Shown piece after piece: positions 37,593 through 49,558 of a stretch of DNA of 64,000 nt (within the stretch, counting starts at the first letter, position 1; each line of letters begins with the position of its first letter). The position numbers and the translations under genes were made by a program. The notes under the pieces were generated by a model, which ran no database searches, was not told the origin of the DNA, and saw nothing but the letters and a program-made list of their open reading frames with translations. The DNA comes from Octopus bimaculoides (taxonomy: Eukaryota): the NCBI RefSeq assembly GCF_001194135.2, contig NC_068994.1, forward strand, positions 19,215,962 to 19,279,961, in the 5' to 3' direction.

Positions 37593-38508
37593 TTTTATTC
37601 TACATAAAATAGAAGGATCTTTTGTGCCTATCAATGCATCTCCAATATTTCAAGGCCCATATTATAAATTCTTTATTGGCAGATCATTATTGCAACATTA
37701 CTTGATTTCCTGATTGTTGGCATCTGATATTGGGATGCGGTGAGTCCCTTAGCCATCCTTGGAACTGCAACTGGTGGTGCTTTTGCAGTTGTTGCTGGTT
37801 CTACTGTTTGTTGTTCTTTTTCCTTATTTCTCTTTTAATCTCCTTAGGGTAGAAAAACTTTCTAGAAGCTCTTACTATGACATGTATAACAGCTAAGCTT
37901 CTCGCGAGCACCACTATAGAGTACAGTTCTGGATTGGTTTTGATGTCTTAAGGGACCATTAGTACTTGCATGTCCACACAGACTTCACCTGACCACCTAT
38001 CATTTCTGGTCATCTTGGTGCTTGCAACCTACCCAAACTGTACTGCAAAGGTTATGATAAACCATAAATCAATATCTGAGCCTGTCCCTGGTTGTGATCT
38101 TTATATTATCCTGTCCTTTATATTGTAGCACCAGCCTGTGAGAAGATGTGTGTGCCTCTTACCTTAGCTTAAAATTAATTTGAAGACCAGGTACACACGC
38201 CTACATATCAGTCACAGCTGACTGAAACTAAATCATCTCATACAGGGCTTCTTTTTATTGCTCCTTTGAGGACATACTGAAAGACCCATCACTCTTCAAG
38301 AGTGAAGATGACATATTCACTCAATCTTTTGCAAGGAGCTATCCTATATTTAAAACTTCTCTCATGCTCATAACATTGGCCAAGCTATATTTTCATTGTC
38401 AATGTTGTGCAAATTTCAGCTATCCAATATGTGTGCTTACAGTACAAATGCATTCATCTGTTTCTTTTTCTTTGTGTGTATACTTTCTAAAGTGGTATCT
38501 GTTATCTT

Positions 38509-38855
38509 TTGCTTCTTTCAGTCATTGGATTGTGGCCATACATTGAAAGGTTTAGCCCCTGTACATATATTTATTACATCCTGTATTTATTTTATTAGTC
38601 TTTTTTGCTGAACCACTAAGTTACAAGGATATAAACAAGCCAACAATAATTGTTAAGCAGTAGTGGGGACAAACACATCACATACACAAGACATACATGC
38701 ACCCCTCTCTGCCCCACACAAACTTCTTTCAGTTTCTGTCTACCAAATCTACTCACAGGGCTTGTAGTAAAAGACATTTAACCAAGGCGCCATGTGGTGG
38801 GACTGAACCTGGAATAATGTGTTTGGGAAGCAAAGTTCTTACCACACAGCCACAC
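38509..38855 (-). mobile_element. Decayed SINE family A
   Basis: tttcagtcattggattgtggccatac...ttaccacacagccac. Confidence 0.8.
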
Positions 38856-41149
38856 CTTCACCTATTATATACATTTGCTTAATATTTTCTTATTGCTTAC
38901 TCTTGTTTTTTCACAACATTTTTATCTTCATAATTTTCAACAAGATGATTTTTGAAATTTGTGGGAGAATGCAGATGCTGCTTCTACCTTAACGCCAAAC
39001 CAAATGAAGAAACCAAATTGTTAGACAAGTAAATGAAATGTTACAAAATATTATATATACATAAATGAGGTGGGAACTCAAAAGTTCTAGACAAATAAAA
39101 GAAAACCTGATATGCAGTAACATGTGATTATATACCAATTCTGCAGGAGATTTGTTAGATATGCCCTCTCCAAAGCAAACAACAACAATAATAATAATAA
39201 TAATAATAAACCTTGTTAACGTTGAAAGCTTCTATGCATGTTCACAAAGACGTTTCTGATCCTTATCAAGAAAAAAATAAAATCAACTTTTGATGCATTT
39301 CTCATGCAATGAACAGCACCATCAACACTATCAACAATAAAATCAGTTATGAAACTATTTACAGTAAAGCTATTACTGGGAGTTACCTTTAAGAATATTT
39401 AATAGATTTTAAACTTATTAGGATTAAAAGAGTGGTTGTATATAGTCTACATTTAAATGACACACCCAGCACATCCAGCATACCCAGCACACAAAAACAC
39501 ACACACACACACACACACGAATGGGCACAACACATACATATACGTGTGCACAACTCTCACACATACAGCTGAATTAAACAATCACTCATTCAATGGATAA
39601 AATGTAAAAGAAATCAATGAGAAATTATCAGCATGTCCTAAATTTAAAGTTTTATATGTTATTGATAATTTGAATTTAACATGCTTTGAAAACTGATATT
39701 ATAATTTTATTTAATTTTTTTTTTTTTTTTTGTTCTAATGATATTACATTGCCATCTCTCAGCTAACATCATTATTTTTTCATCAGTGCGTGAGTACGTG
39801 TGGGGTGGATGATGGAAATCAAAATGGTGAAATAATTTTACATTGATTTTCAGCCATTGTAGCATCGCTTGATTACATGTTTGAATTATCCAGAGAGAAA
39901 AATCTTCATTAATTTTTACCTTGTTTAAGAGTAGCAAGTTTAAGACAACATTAGAATAAATGCTTTGCAATATTCAATGCCAAGTTGATTAAGTAATGGA
40001 CTGATAAATAGTTGGGCAGTTGGAGGTTCGTATCTAGGGCCTTCTTTGGTTACGGTTTACCATGGATTTCTACACCTGTAAAGCTGCCTTTTTAGGTGAA
40101 GGCCCAGAAAAACGTTTTGTTTGAAATTAGCAGTTGTCCATGCATGCAAACCTCTTTCCTCTGCACTGCTGATGATGCGTAAGGAACAAACAAGAAATAT
40201 TACAGCTTGGCACCAGTGTTGCCATCAAAAAGGAAAATAACAATCAGATTCCTCAAAGCATTTTACCTGATGCCCTAACAAATCTATCACCCAATCATCC
40301 TGTATTGGTACTTTGTTTTTTTATTGACCCTGACAGGATGAAAGGCAAAGTTGACCTCAGCAGTATTTGAACTCACACTAAAATATGTAGCTCAATGGTT
40401 GAATCCTCCAACATCTAACTAGGGACTAACATTGTGGAATTGAATTGTTTTTCTTTTTTTTGCATACTTATAAATACAATCAAGTTTAATTCTTCTGGTA
40501 GAAAAAGCTACCTGTGAAATACTATACCATCCTCATCCAATGAAGTAAAAGATTTTTTTCTTATTCATTAAACCAGAAATAATAGATTGTTAGGTGTGAG
40601 GTGAGGGTTAGAATTTTACAAGCTCAAATCTTAATGTAACTTCCTATATTCATCACAGTTGATAAAAAAAACACAGTATTTACTTATGTACACAATGTAG
40701 AATTTTGAACTTTACAGCACGTGCATTTTTATGGTTTTAGCTGGTAAAGTTTAACAATCATTTCAGAATTGCTTTTGTTTCATTTCAGATTTGTGAACTT
40801 TCTCAGTAAATTTTATACAACAATAATAAATGTGGCTAAACACTCCATTCTCTATACATTGTAATATTAAATAAAAAGTTTTCTCATGTCTTTTACTAAT
40901 TAGTGTGTGCAGAAATCTTATGCTGTGGAATTATTTTTATGTGATGAAAGTATGTGAATGTGCACAGAATATGAAAGTATAATTACAAATTACAACTTTA
41001 ATTTAGGCAACTGATGTGGGTACATATTAATTTCCTCTCAGCACTGGTTGCAAAAGGTGTGTGCAAATGCACACATGCATAACTTAGAGGGAATTGCACA
41101 TGAAATATTTTTTCCAAGAGTTCATTATCCATTATTGCAGGCAGGCATA

Positions 41150-41430
41150 GTACACTCATAAGTATTATGCATGAATATTCAGCAGAGAAGAGTGAAAATT
41201 GCTGGTCATTTGCATCAGACATCCAGAAGAACCTGTGTGTCAACTGGTTTTATAGCAGGCAATTGAAGGAAGAATCAACAGAGGAAGAAAGCGTCTAACC
41301 TATGTGGACAACTTGCTTCAGGACAGTGGAATGGCAAATGTTGATGAATTAAGACCATGCATCGGGGACTGTGATGGATGGCGTGCTCACATGAAATTGT
41401 TGAAGCATTGGAGAGGATAGCCAAATTAAA
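41150..41430 (+). mobile_element. RTE ORF2 C-terminal remnant (third RTE lineage)
   Basis: IQQRRVKIAGH / RHPEEPVCQLVL*..EGRINRGRKRLTYVDNLLQDSGM..VDELR...D.DGWR fits RR...AGH..R.......G.R.RGR...T......D...WR. Confidence 0.8.
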
Positions 41431-42378
41431 CTACAGCATGAAACCAGGACTTGTTCCTCTATCATACTTTAGTCACTCAACACCTAGCACAATGCCACCT
41501 TCCATGATATGCAGCTCCATTCTGTCAAAGGGTCTTGTCTTGTGATATACTTAGAGATCTCACTAGTGTCAGGGTCACAAAAAACCCCCCTACCCAGTAC
41601 ACTCTGTAAAGTGTGTAAAAAGTACATATATGTCAATAAACACAGAGAAACATTTATAAACTGTACATATAGAACAGTGATTAAGCAAGTAATGTTATAT
41701 ACACTGATCACTAAAATCAAACATAAATAAAGTTTTAAAAAAATACAGCAAAACTAATAATACTTGCACAATATTATAACATAAATAGCCTATAATGAGA
41801 AAACAATGAATTGTGACAGAAGGCTTTTTCAACTTTGAATGACTGAACAAATAAATAAATCCTACTATGTATATTGAGTACTTCTCTTTCTTTAGATAAA
41901 TTTATATCTATCTATCTACATACAGACCCACACACACTTGAATGTGCATGTATGTGCATAGATGTGTTTGTGAAATAGCTAGCTTGTCTAGCTGTTATAT
42001 CAATATGAAGAAAAATAATTGCTAACAAGCCAGTTAATTAAATTTGTGTCTAACTAAAGAGTGTCTAAACAGCAAGTGTTGCATAGATGTAGTGGAATTT
42101 TAATTGTAACTAAATTATTTACATATACTGTCCTGAAAAACGAAATCTGTTTCTATAATTTTTTCATTAAAACTACATAGCAACGGCTAATAAATGAAAT
42201 GATCATAATGACTTTATACTTTCACACAAGGCAACAGATTTGTAATTTAGAGATATAATCAACTGAATTAAACACAGTATGTGTGTGTGTTTGTGTGTGC
42301 AGGAGTCAAGGATCTACATGGACATATACCTGCTAGCATGCATGAATGTATGTATGTACGTATGCTAGTGATATATAT

Positions 42379-43742
42379 ATCATCATCATCATCGTTTAAC
42401 GTTTGCTTTCCATGCTGGCATGAGTTGGACATTTTGGCTGAAGGCTGGCAAACCAGAAGGCTGCATCAGGCTTCAATCCGATCTGGCAAAGTTACTACAG
42501 CTGGATGCCCTTCCTAATGCCAACCGCTCCGAGAGTGTAGTGGGTACTTTTTATGTAGCACTGGCATGAGGGCCAGTCAGACGGTACTGGCATCGAACAC
42601 ATTTGAATGGTGCTTTTTACATGCCACCAGCATGGGAACTAGTCAGGCGGCACTGACAATGATCATGCTTGAATGGTGCTTTTTATGTGCCACTGGCAAG
42701 GGACCAGTCAGGTGGCACTGGCATTGATCAGGCTTGAATTGTGCTTTTTACATGTCACCAGCATGGGTATCAATCAGACGGTACTGTCATCATCCACAAC
42801 AATGATTTCACTTGCCTCAACAGGTCTTCGCAAACGCAGTTTATTGCCCAATGATTGAAGGGTACTCTTAAGTGGGCTGGTTATGCTGCACTGGCATAGG
42901 CCCCGGTTACAGTCTCACTTGGCTTGTCAGGTTTTCTCAAGCACAGCATACCTCCAAAGGTCTCGGTCACTTGTCATCGCCTCGGTGAAGCCCAGCATTT
43001 GAAGGTTGGGCTTCACCACTTCATCCCAGGTCTTCCTGGGTCTATCTCTTCCGCAGGTTCCCTCTACTGCTTGGGTGTAACACTTTTTCACAAAGCTGTC
43101 CTCATCCATACGCAACACATGACCATACCAGCGCAGTCGTCTCTCTTACACACCACATCTGATGCTTCTTATGTCCAACTTTTCTCTCAGGATGCTTACA
43201 CTCTTTTGTGTATGCACACTGACATTACACATCCAGCGGAGCATAGTAGCTTCATTCCTTGCAAGCGCACACATGTCCTAAGAGTCACGGCCCATGTTTC
43301 ACTACTATGTAGCATGGCTGTTTGCACACACGCGTCATACAGTCTACCTTTTACTCTGAGCAAGAGGCCCTTTGTCACTAGCAAAAGTAGGAGCTCTCTG
43401 AATTTTACCCAGGCTATTCTTATTCTCGCAGCTACACTCTCAGAGCACCCACCCCCACTACTAACTTGGTCACCAAGGTAACGGAAGCTATCAACTACTT
43501 GTAGTTTTACCCCCTGGAATGTGATGGACGCTGTGTTCTACACATTTTCAGTGTTTATAGCACCTGAGTATTTGCCACATACAAAAACTATCTTCCCAGT
43601 TAGCCTTCCTTTGATATTGCTGCACCTCTAATGTGTCCATAGCTTACCCCGGGTACATCTTATGGAGTTCCTACCTGCATCTTTTCTACAGATTGAGCAG
43701 GGCCATCTACCTGAAGGAATTTGTGGTTTGTCTGCCTTCCAA
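42379..43742 (-). mobile_element. 5'-truncated RTE retrotransposon: PHD finger, RT C-terminus, long VNTR-containing 3' UTR and (GAT)n tail
   Basis: PCSIC..SIRC..WTH*RCS..CGK, then DSFRYLGDQVSSGGGCSESVAARIRIAW.KFREL...KGRLYDACV..AML..SETW, then GRDRPRKTWDEVVK...DRDLWRYAVLEKT; four units of about 66 bp at 42548-42810. Confidence 0.93.
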
Positions 43743-43956
43743 ACCGTTAAATTACAGGGATGTAAACACATCAACATCAGTTGTCACATGGTGGTAGGGA
43801 CAAACACACACACACATGATGGGATTCTTTAAGTTTTCATCCACCAAATCCACTCAAAGCTATAGTAGGAGACACTTGCCCAAGGTGCCACACAATGGGA
43901 CTGAACCCAGAACCATGAGGTTTGGAAGCAAGCTTCTTACCACACAGCAAACCTGC
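43742..43956 (-). mobile_element. Partial SINE family A abutting the truncated RTE
   Basis: ggatgtaaacaca...cacttgcccaaggtgccacacaatgggactgaaccc...cttaccacacagc. Confidence 0.85.
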
Positions 43957-43957
43957 A

Positions 43958-43990
<33 letters not shown>

Positions 43991-44021
43991 CACACACACA
44001 CACACACATACATACATACAT

Positions 44022-44316
44022 AAATGAAAATGCTCATCAGATTCATACAAATCAGCAATTAAGAAGAAAGAGATTAACACGGGAAGAATCGTATTAAAGA
44101 ACCGAATCAATTGGACCGGTAGTATAATGCAAGGTAAACTAAGGTAGATTATTGCAAACAGCATACATGCATTATAAAAATAAAAGTCAATATGTTATCT
44201 GCCAAGAAGGAACAAGAATGCCAAGAACACATAGAAGAAAGCATCCAAGGAAACAAGAAGATACAAAGAGGTAAAAATTATAAAGGAAAAACCAATTCAT
44301 CACAAATATTCACCAT

Positions 44317-44320
<4 letters not shown>
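44022..44320 (-). mobile_element. Unclassified (TA)n-abutting module with a truncated hammerhead start
   Basis: Runs from (TA)n at 44321 to the microsatellite near 44000; minus-strand CTGATGAGCAT at 44040-44030 with no following GAAA. Confidence 0.35.
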
Positions 44321-44366
<46 letters not shown>

Positions 44367-44624
44367 CATTGGGGAGTTGGAGGAGGAAAGGGTGAGTCTC
44401 TAACCATATGCATTACATGACTATATCAGTGCAGTCTTCTCTCTTGCACACTACATCAGATGCCTCACACCCTAGTTCTCTCTCAACACATATGCACTTT
44501 GTTGTGCATGCACACTGACATTGAATATCCAGTGGAGAATGCTAGCTTCATTTCTTTCTAATCTTCATACGTCTCCTGCATTCACAGCCCATATGCACAA
44601 GCATCATATAATCAGCCTTTCACT

Positions 44625-44682
44625 GAGAGAGAGAGAAAGAGAGAGAGAGAGGAAGAGAGAGAAAGAGAGAGAGAGAGAGAGA
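44625..44682. repeat. (GA)n microsatellite
   Basis: Direct reading of the sequence. Confidence 0.96.
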
Positions 44683-44866
44683 ATTTGTGTTACCAGCAGA
44701 AGTAATAGCTCTAAACTTTCTCCTCCAATGTTAATTAGGACATTTTGATAATAGACACTATCAACTACCTTTAAAAATCGAGAATATCTATTTTCACTAT
44801 TCTTAATATTTCTTACTCCTCAGCATCTGCCACAAACAAGGTCTATTTCCCCCAATATTGCTACTA

Positions 44867-44867
<1 letters not shown>

Positions 44868-44906
<39 letters not shown>
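44868..44906. repeat. (GT)n microsatellite
   Basis: Direct reading of the sequence. Confidence 0.97.
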
Positions 44907-44911
<5 letters not shown>

Positions 44912-45420
44912 CATTTGGATATGACCACTAGTTTCCATGGATTCTGGTTTTTATCTAGAAGTGTGGGTATATGTTGGCCTTCAATGTAATGAACACTGTT
45001 CTTTTTTGGGATGATGCATATAAATCTGTATGTTGCGCCTCTCTATTGATTTCATTGTATGTATTGCAGCTGGTTGTTCTGAAAGACTTTGTTATGTTAA
45101 TGTGTAAAAGTTTATTGTAAGTATCTTTGCTTATCTTGTTCTGTGTGCAAATATGAAAAAGATATTGCAGAATTTTATTATTTTGAAATCAGTATTTAGG
45201 CAATCCTTCTTTTTGATGTTAAATGTTATAATTCTTATTGAGGTTTTCAAATAATTCTAGTTCTTTGGTTTGTGGTGGCTGTTTTCAGGATTTGAATCTA
45301 GGATTGTTTTCCCATTGTATATATGACATTTTTTGATTGATTTTATTCCCAAAAGAGTATGATTTCTACTGTTGTTGTTGCCCCTATGATCAAAACCACA
45401 AACTGTTCTGTCTTTCTGTT
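44907..45420 (-). mobile_element. Possible decayed Penelope-like C-terminal region
   Basis: Broken N/K-rich frames with ..NKLLH...SFRTTSC resembling the Penelope linker NK.F....KISYSC; weak. Confidence 0.25.
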
Positions 45421-46974
45421 ATAACCAGGACTACATAATTCAACATATCATTCCATCATTCCTTTTAAAGATGGTAGGACTTGATTTGAGGGCGATTTGG
45501 TAGCTATTTATAGCAAGTTAAGCTAACATGTAGAGGTTATCCCAGTTGCTTACAATAACAACTGCAGTTTAAGAAATATTTTTTGTGGATTAGTCTGCTT
45601 AAAGTTGGGATCAAAGTTGGAATGAAAAAACTGCCAAAAGAGATATTTATGGAGAATTACTATGCTACTGCGATTTAAAGTAGGGTTCAAGTGAAAATTT
45701 CAGGTAAAAACAGAATAAAACCTACCTGCAATTTAAGGTTGTTTATTTTAATTTATAATCAAGAGTGAACAAACCCCATTATATATATCTGCCATCAGCA
45801 AGTATCAGTACCACCAACATGATTACACGTACAACAATGGCAATAAGCTGAAACTTAAGGTAATCTAACAATAATTGTAACAGTGGGATACAGTGAAACT
45901 TTCTCACAGATTTACCATGATTATCACTACCATGACTTTCAATTCTCACAGATACTTCCATTGTCATTGCCAGCACTATCACCATTATTGTTTTAACCCA
46001 GCTTATTAGTTATTAAATAACTAATCAAGCAGAGACAAAAGACAAATTGCAGATTAATTATGTTAAAACACTAGTGTTAAATGAATATCAAAGTATTTTG
46101 TTGTCTTTTGTGCGTATGCCTGTGTTCTTTATGCAAATATGTGTATATGTGTGTATTTTAGTACACACACACAGACACACATTTCTAATTTTCCTTTAAT
46201 AACGAAGAAAATAATAAACCAAACAATGTAAAATAGATGCTGACGGACACTCACAAACTAATAAAGCTACATTAATAAGTAAATATTTCCATTAAAATCG
46301 AAAGTAACAGTAGAGTAGCTTATAATTAAAAAAAAATATATTATACAGACAACCACTTGATGACTAACATACATTTTCTCTGCACAATATTCTGTTTAGT
46401 CAAAAACAAATATCCAAAACAAGCCGTTCTTCTAATTACTGATGTCGGCAGCTGATAAGGAATTACACAGTTACCTTTAAATCACTACCTAGAAACAGGT
46501 AAATAGATGAGGAAGTGAATTTAAGATGTGAATTAAATAACAAATGAAACAGTTATTCTTCTTTGCATTATAAATAATGAATCAATTTCGGTTACAATTT
46601 ATCAGTTTATTTAATATTGTTATGATGTATGATGATGTTGATTGTTGTAGTTTATTGAATAAAGCCTAATATATAATTATATAGACTGGAAAGTAACAGA
46701 GAATGTAAAGTGTTCAGTAGAAAATACGAGACAGAATGTGAAATGTGTTATTTATATATTCTTAGTGTCTGATTCAGAAGGTTGGTTAATGATCAATGTT
46801 GACACATAGAAGATTATGCCTTCTGAAACAGAAACCCCTGCAAAAGCTATCTTTTTCTTGTTAAATGATGCAGATTTGCATAAAACCCCATCAATTTGCA
46901 TCTTACATTGATACACCTTAGTGTCTCAAAAGTTTCAGCCAAATAACAAGATTGGAACAAAACAAGAATCTTAC

Positions 46975-47168
46975 ATAAGTGTGTTGTAGTTTGCTTGAAG
47001 CATAGTAGTACCGAAATGTGCAAGGAAAAGAAAATATATCACAACGACCAACAGTTGGAGAGATGCTGCTACTGCTAACCCAAACACCAAGCAGTTTAAA
47101 TAAAATAATGAAAACAATGTAACCAGACATTTCTTAGACTGCTTCCTTCTGAGGACGGGCCTTTGTCC
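46975..47168 (-). CDS. Candidate 194-nt exon; the ATG frame gives a signal-peptide-like N-terminus (unverified)
   Basis: ctttatatttcag acceptor, TAT|gtaaga donor; ATG at 47130 gives 52 codons MSGYIVFIILFKLLGVWVSS...; a second frame is also open throughout. No homology recognised. Confidence 0.25.
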
Positions 47169-47540
47169 CTGAAATATAAAGGTTTTTGTAAAACTTTCTG
47201 TCTCGCTACAAACTTTAATTTCCTTTTCTTTTCCACCAATCTTAAAGTTTTGCTTTGCTTTGGACCCTTAATTCCAGTTGTTATGAAGGGGTACTTTCAT
47301 AACATACAACTGTTCTTGAGCATTTAAATCTGGGAGTCCATCCATCTCCAGGTGTGAGGTAAATGAGGGCATAGATGGTCAAAACAATTTAGCTAAAAAT
47401 CAGCAGCCGTCTGGATTAAATCTGACTAAGCATATAAAGCTGTCTGTCTACTTCAGGCAAAATAATGATTTAATAAAAAAACTTTGCTCAGAACAAGTCA
47501 TAATGTATGAGTATTATGTTCAAGAGGATGAATCATCATC

Positions 47541-47710
47541 ATCATCATTGTTTAACGTCCGCTTTCCATGCTAGCATGGGTTGGACGATTTGACTGAGGA
47601 CTGGTGAAACCGGATGGCAACACCAGGCTCCAATCTAATTTGGCAGAGTTTCTACAGCTGGATGCCCTTCCTAACGCCAACCACTCAGGGAGTGTAGTGG
47701 GTGCTTTATA
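47541..47710 (-). mobile_element. RTE 3' terminal fragment
   Basis: (CAT)n then gtttaacgtccgctttccatgctagcatggg...ggatgcccttcctaacgccaacc. Confidence 0.9.
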
Positions 47711-47989
47711 TGATAATGGTAATGAGGACTTACCACTACATAATAGCTTATCAACTTCAGCATAAAATATAGTATATATTACAACTATATATAAAGTGGA
47801 CCATATTTTTCACCATAAAATAAGACAATTGAACAAAACTCTCAGCCCTTGAGTAACCTATTAACTTTACAACTGAATCAAAAGCGCACGTGCCTGCGCG
47901 CGTGTGTGTGTGTGTGTAGCCTGTGTGTGTTAGGAGGTGTGTGTGTGTGTGTGTGTAGTGCATGTGCCCATGTTTGCTATATTTGTCTC

Positions 47990-48150
47990 TCATTGCTTGA
48001 CAACCAGTATTGGTTTGTCTGCATCCCTATAACACAAGTGGTTCAGCAAGAAGAGATCTATAGAATAAGTACCAGATTAAAAAAACAAAAGTTTTGGAGT
48101 TAAATTGATTAACTAAACCCCTCCTGGGCAGTGCTCCAGCATGGTCACAA
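47990..48150 (+). mobile_element. SINE family A 3' half
   Basis: gcttgacaacc...atagaataagtacc...gtgctccagcatggtcaca. Confidence 0.7.
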
Positions 48151-48151
48151 T

Positions 48152-48211
48152 TTAACCCTTTAACAGGCCATATCCAGCCCAAATATTCTACTTGCTTTAT
48201 ATTAAAACTAG
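48152..48211 (+). mobile_element. piggyBac-like MITE terminus
   Basis: Starts TTAA-CCCTTT, a piggyBac-type target plus TIR start. Confidence 0.35.
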
Positions 48212-48800
48212 CTATTCCTCATCAGCAGTCACTATTCGGTCCAAAAAAGGTTCATTCGTGAGACTCATGGTAAAGAAGAGCACCCAATTTGCTGACTTTT
48301 CCAATGGTACGCAGGTGTTGATGAATGGCTGAATGACCAAATCCAAGCTTCTCTGCTAGTTCCTCAACAGTTATGATGGGATTTTGTTCCACCAAGGTTT
48401 GCAGGACATCCTCGTCAAACTCTACAGATCTTTCAGGATGAGGCTTGGCTTCTAGGCTATAGTTTCCCGCTTGGAATTTCTGGAACCACTGTTGACACTG
48501 GCTTACGCTTATTGTCCGATCCCCATATTCTGCGTTAATATTCCTCGCACTTTCTGTTGCGTTGTTGCCTTTATTGAACTCATAAAGCAAAATATGCCAA
48601 ATATGCCCCTTTGTCAAGTACATACATACTTATTGCAGAGAAATGTTACTGAGGTTTAAAGTTTAATCACTTTTTCCTAATCAGAAAACAGGATTTAGAA
48701 GCTGGCATTTTCTGCATGATAGTTGTCTGTCTCAAAATGAAAGCAAAACCATTATACAAGGAGGAATTTTTATTAAATAAACAAAAGCAAACCATTATGA
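48212..48800 (-). pseudogene. Mariner transposase N-terminal remnant (HTH domains to first catalytic Asp), internally deleted
   Basis: ORF 48252-48623 HIWHILLYEFNKGNNATESARNIN..YG......CQQWFQKF.AG..SLE....GR; after a frameshift NEPFLDRIVTADE, resembling IVTGDE. Confidence 0.92.
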
Positions 48801-49558
48801 CAATCACAGTTGTTAGAACTTCTGAAGTGTTAATAAGTTTTTTGTTTGCTTTTAAACTTTAATTCATTATTAAGAGTAGCAGAATTTAGAGGATTATTTC
48901 TTGGGGCAAATTGACAAGGTTTTGCTCTCAGATAGTATGATTGGATTTTTAGAGTTGCAGGATTCAGATTTTTTATTTTCAGGCAAGTTGACAACAACAG
49001 CAGCTGAATTGCAGGCTTTATTTTGCATGAATTTCAACTAACAAACTAACTTTGCTTTAACAAGAGCAGGTGGCTCCTTCTGCCTTACAGAAGATGCATT
49101 GACTATTTTTGCATTTTAAAAATTTTTATATTAGCCATAGCTTTACTATTCCTATGATCAGATTCTCTTCTTACTATAATAGTTGCTATATTCTCATACC
49201 TCTTCTTGCTAACTCTTCTTACTATATGTAGATATAACTAATTTATTTCTTGATTTTATAATAAAATTAGTATTACATTAATATTCACTATTATATAGAA
49301 AATTATTTTTCATAATGAATTTTCGAATTTTCTTTTTTGTCGCATTTGTATTATGCATTTTGTTTCAATATAAAAATGTTATATACAGTGAAGATATAGG
49401 ATCTAATATTTTTTTACAATTATAATTACATTTCTCATTATCTTAAAAAATCATTAATTTTAAATGAAATAAATATACAGGCAGGTTTCATTTCATTTAA
49501 TTCAAATATTTTCTAACAAAAGAATATAAATTTGATTGCATTGCCTGGAAAAAAAGTG

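Noticed and set aside
37880-38200. Possible RTE 5' UTR with an HDV-like ribozyme
   Set aside because: I could not build the nested double pseudoknot by eye; a covariance-model search would be needed.
42924-43481. 185-aa plus-strand ORF as a gene
   Set aside because: It is the antisense shadow of the minus-strand RTE ORF2.
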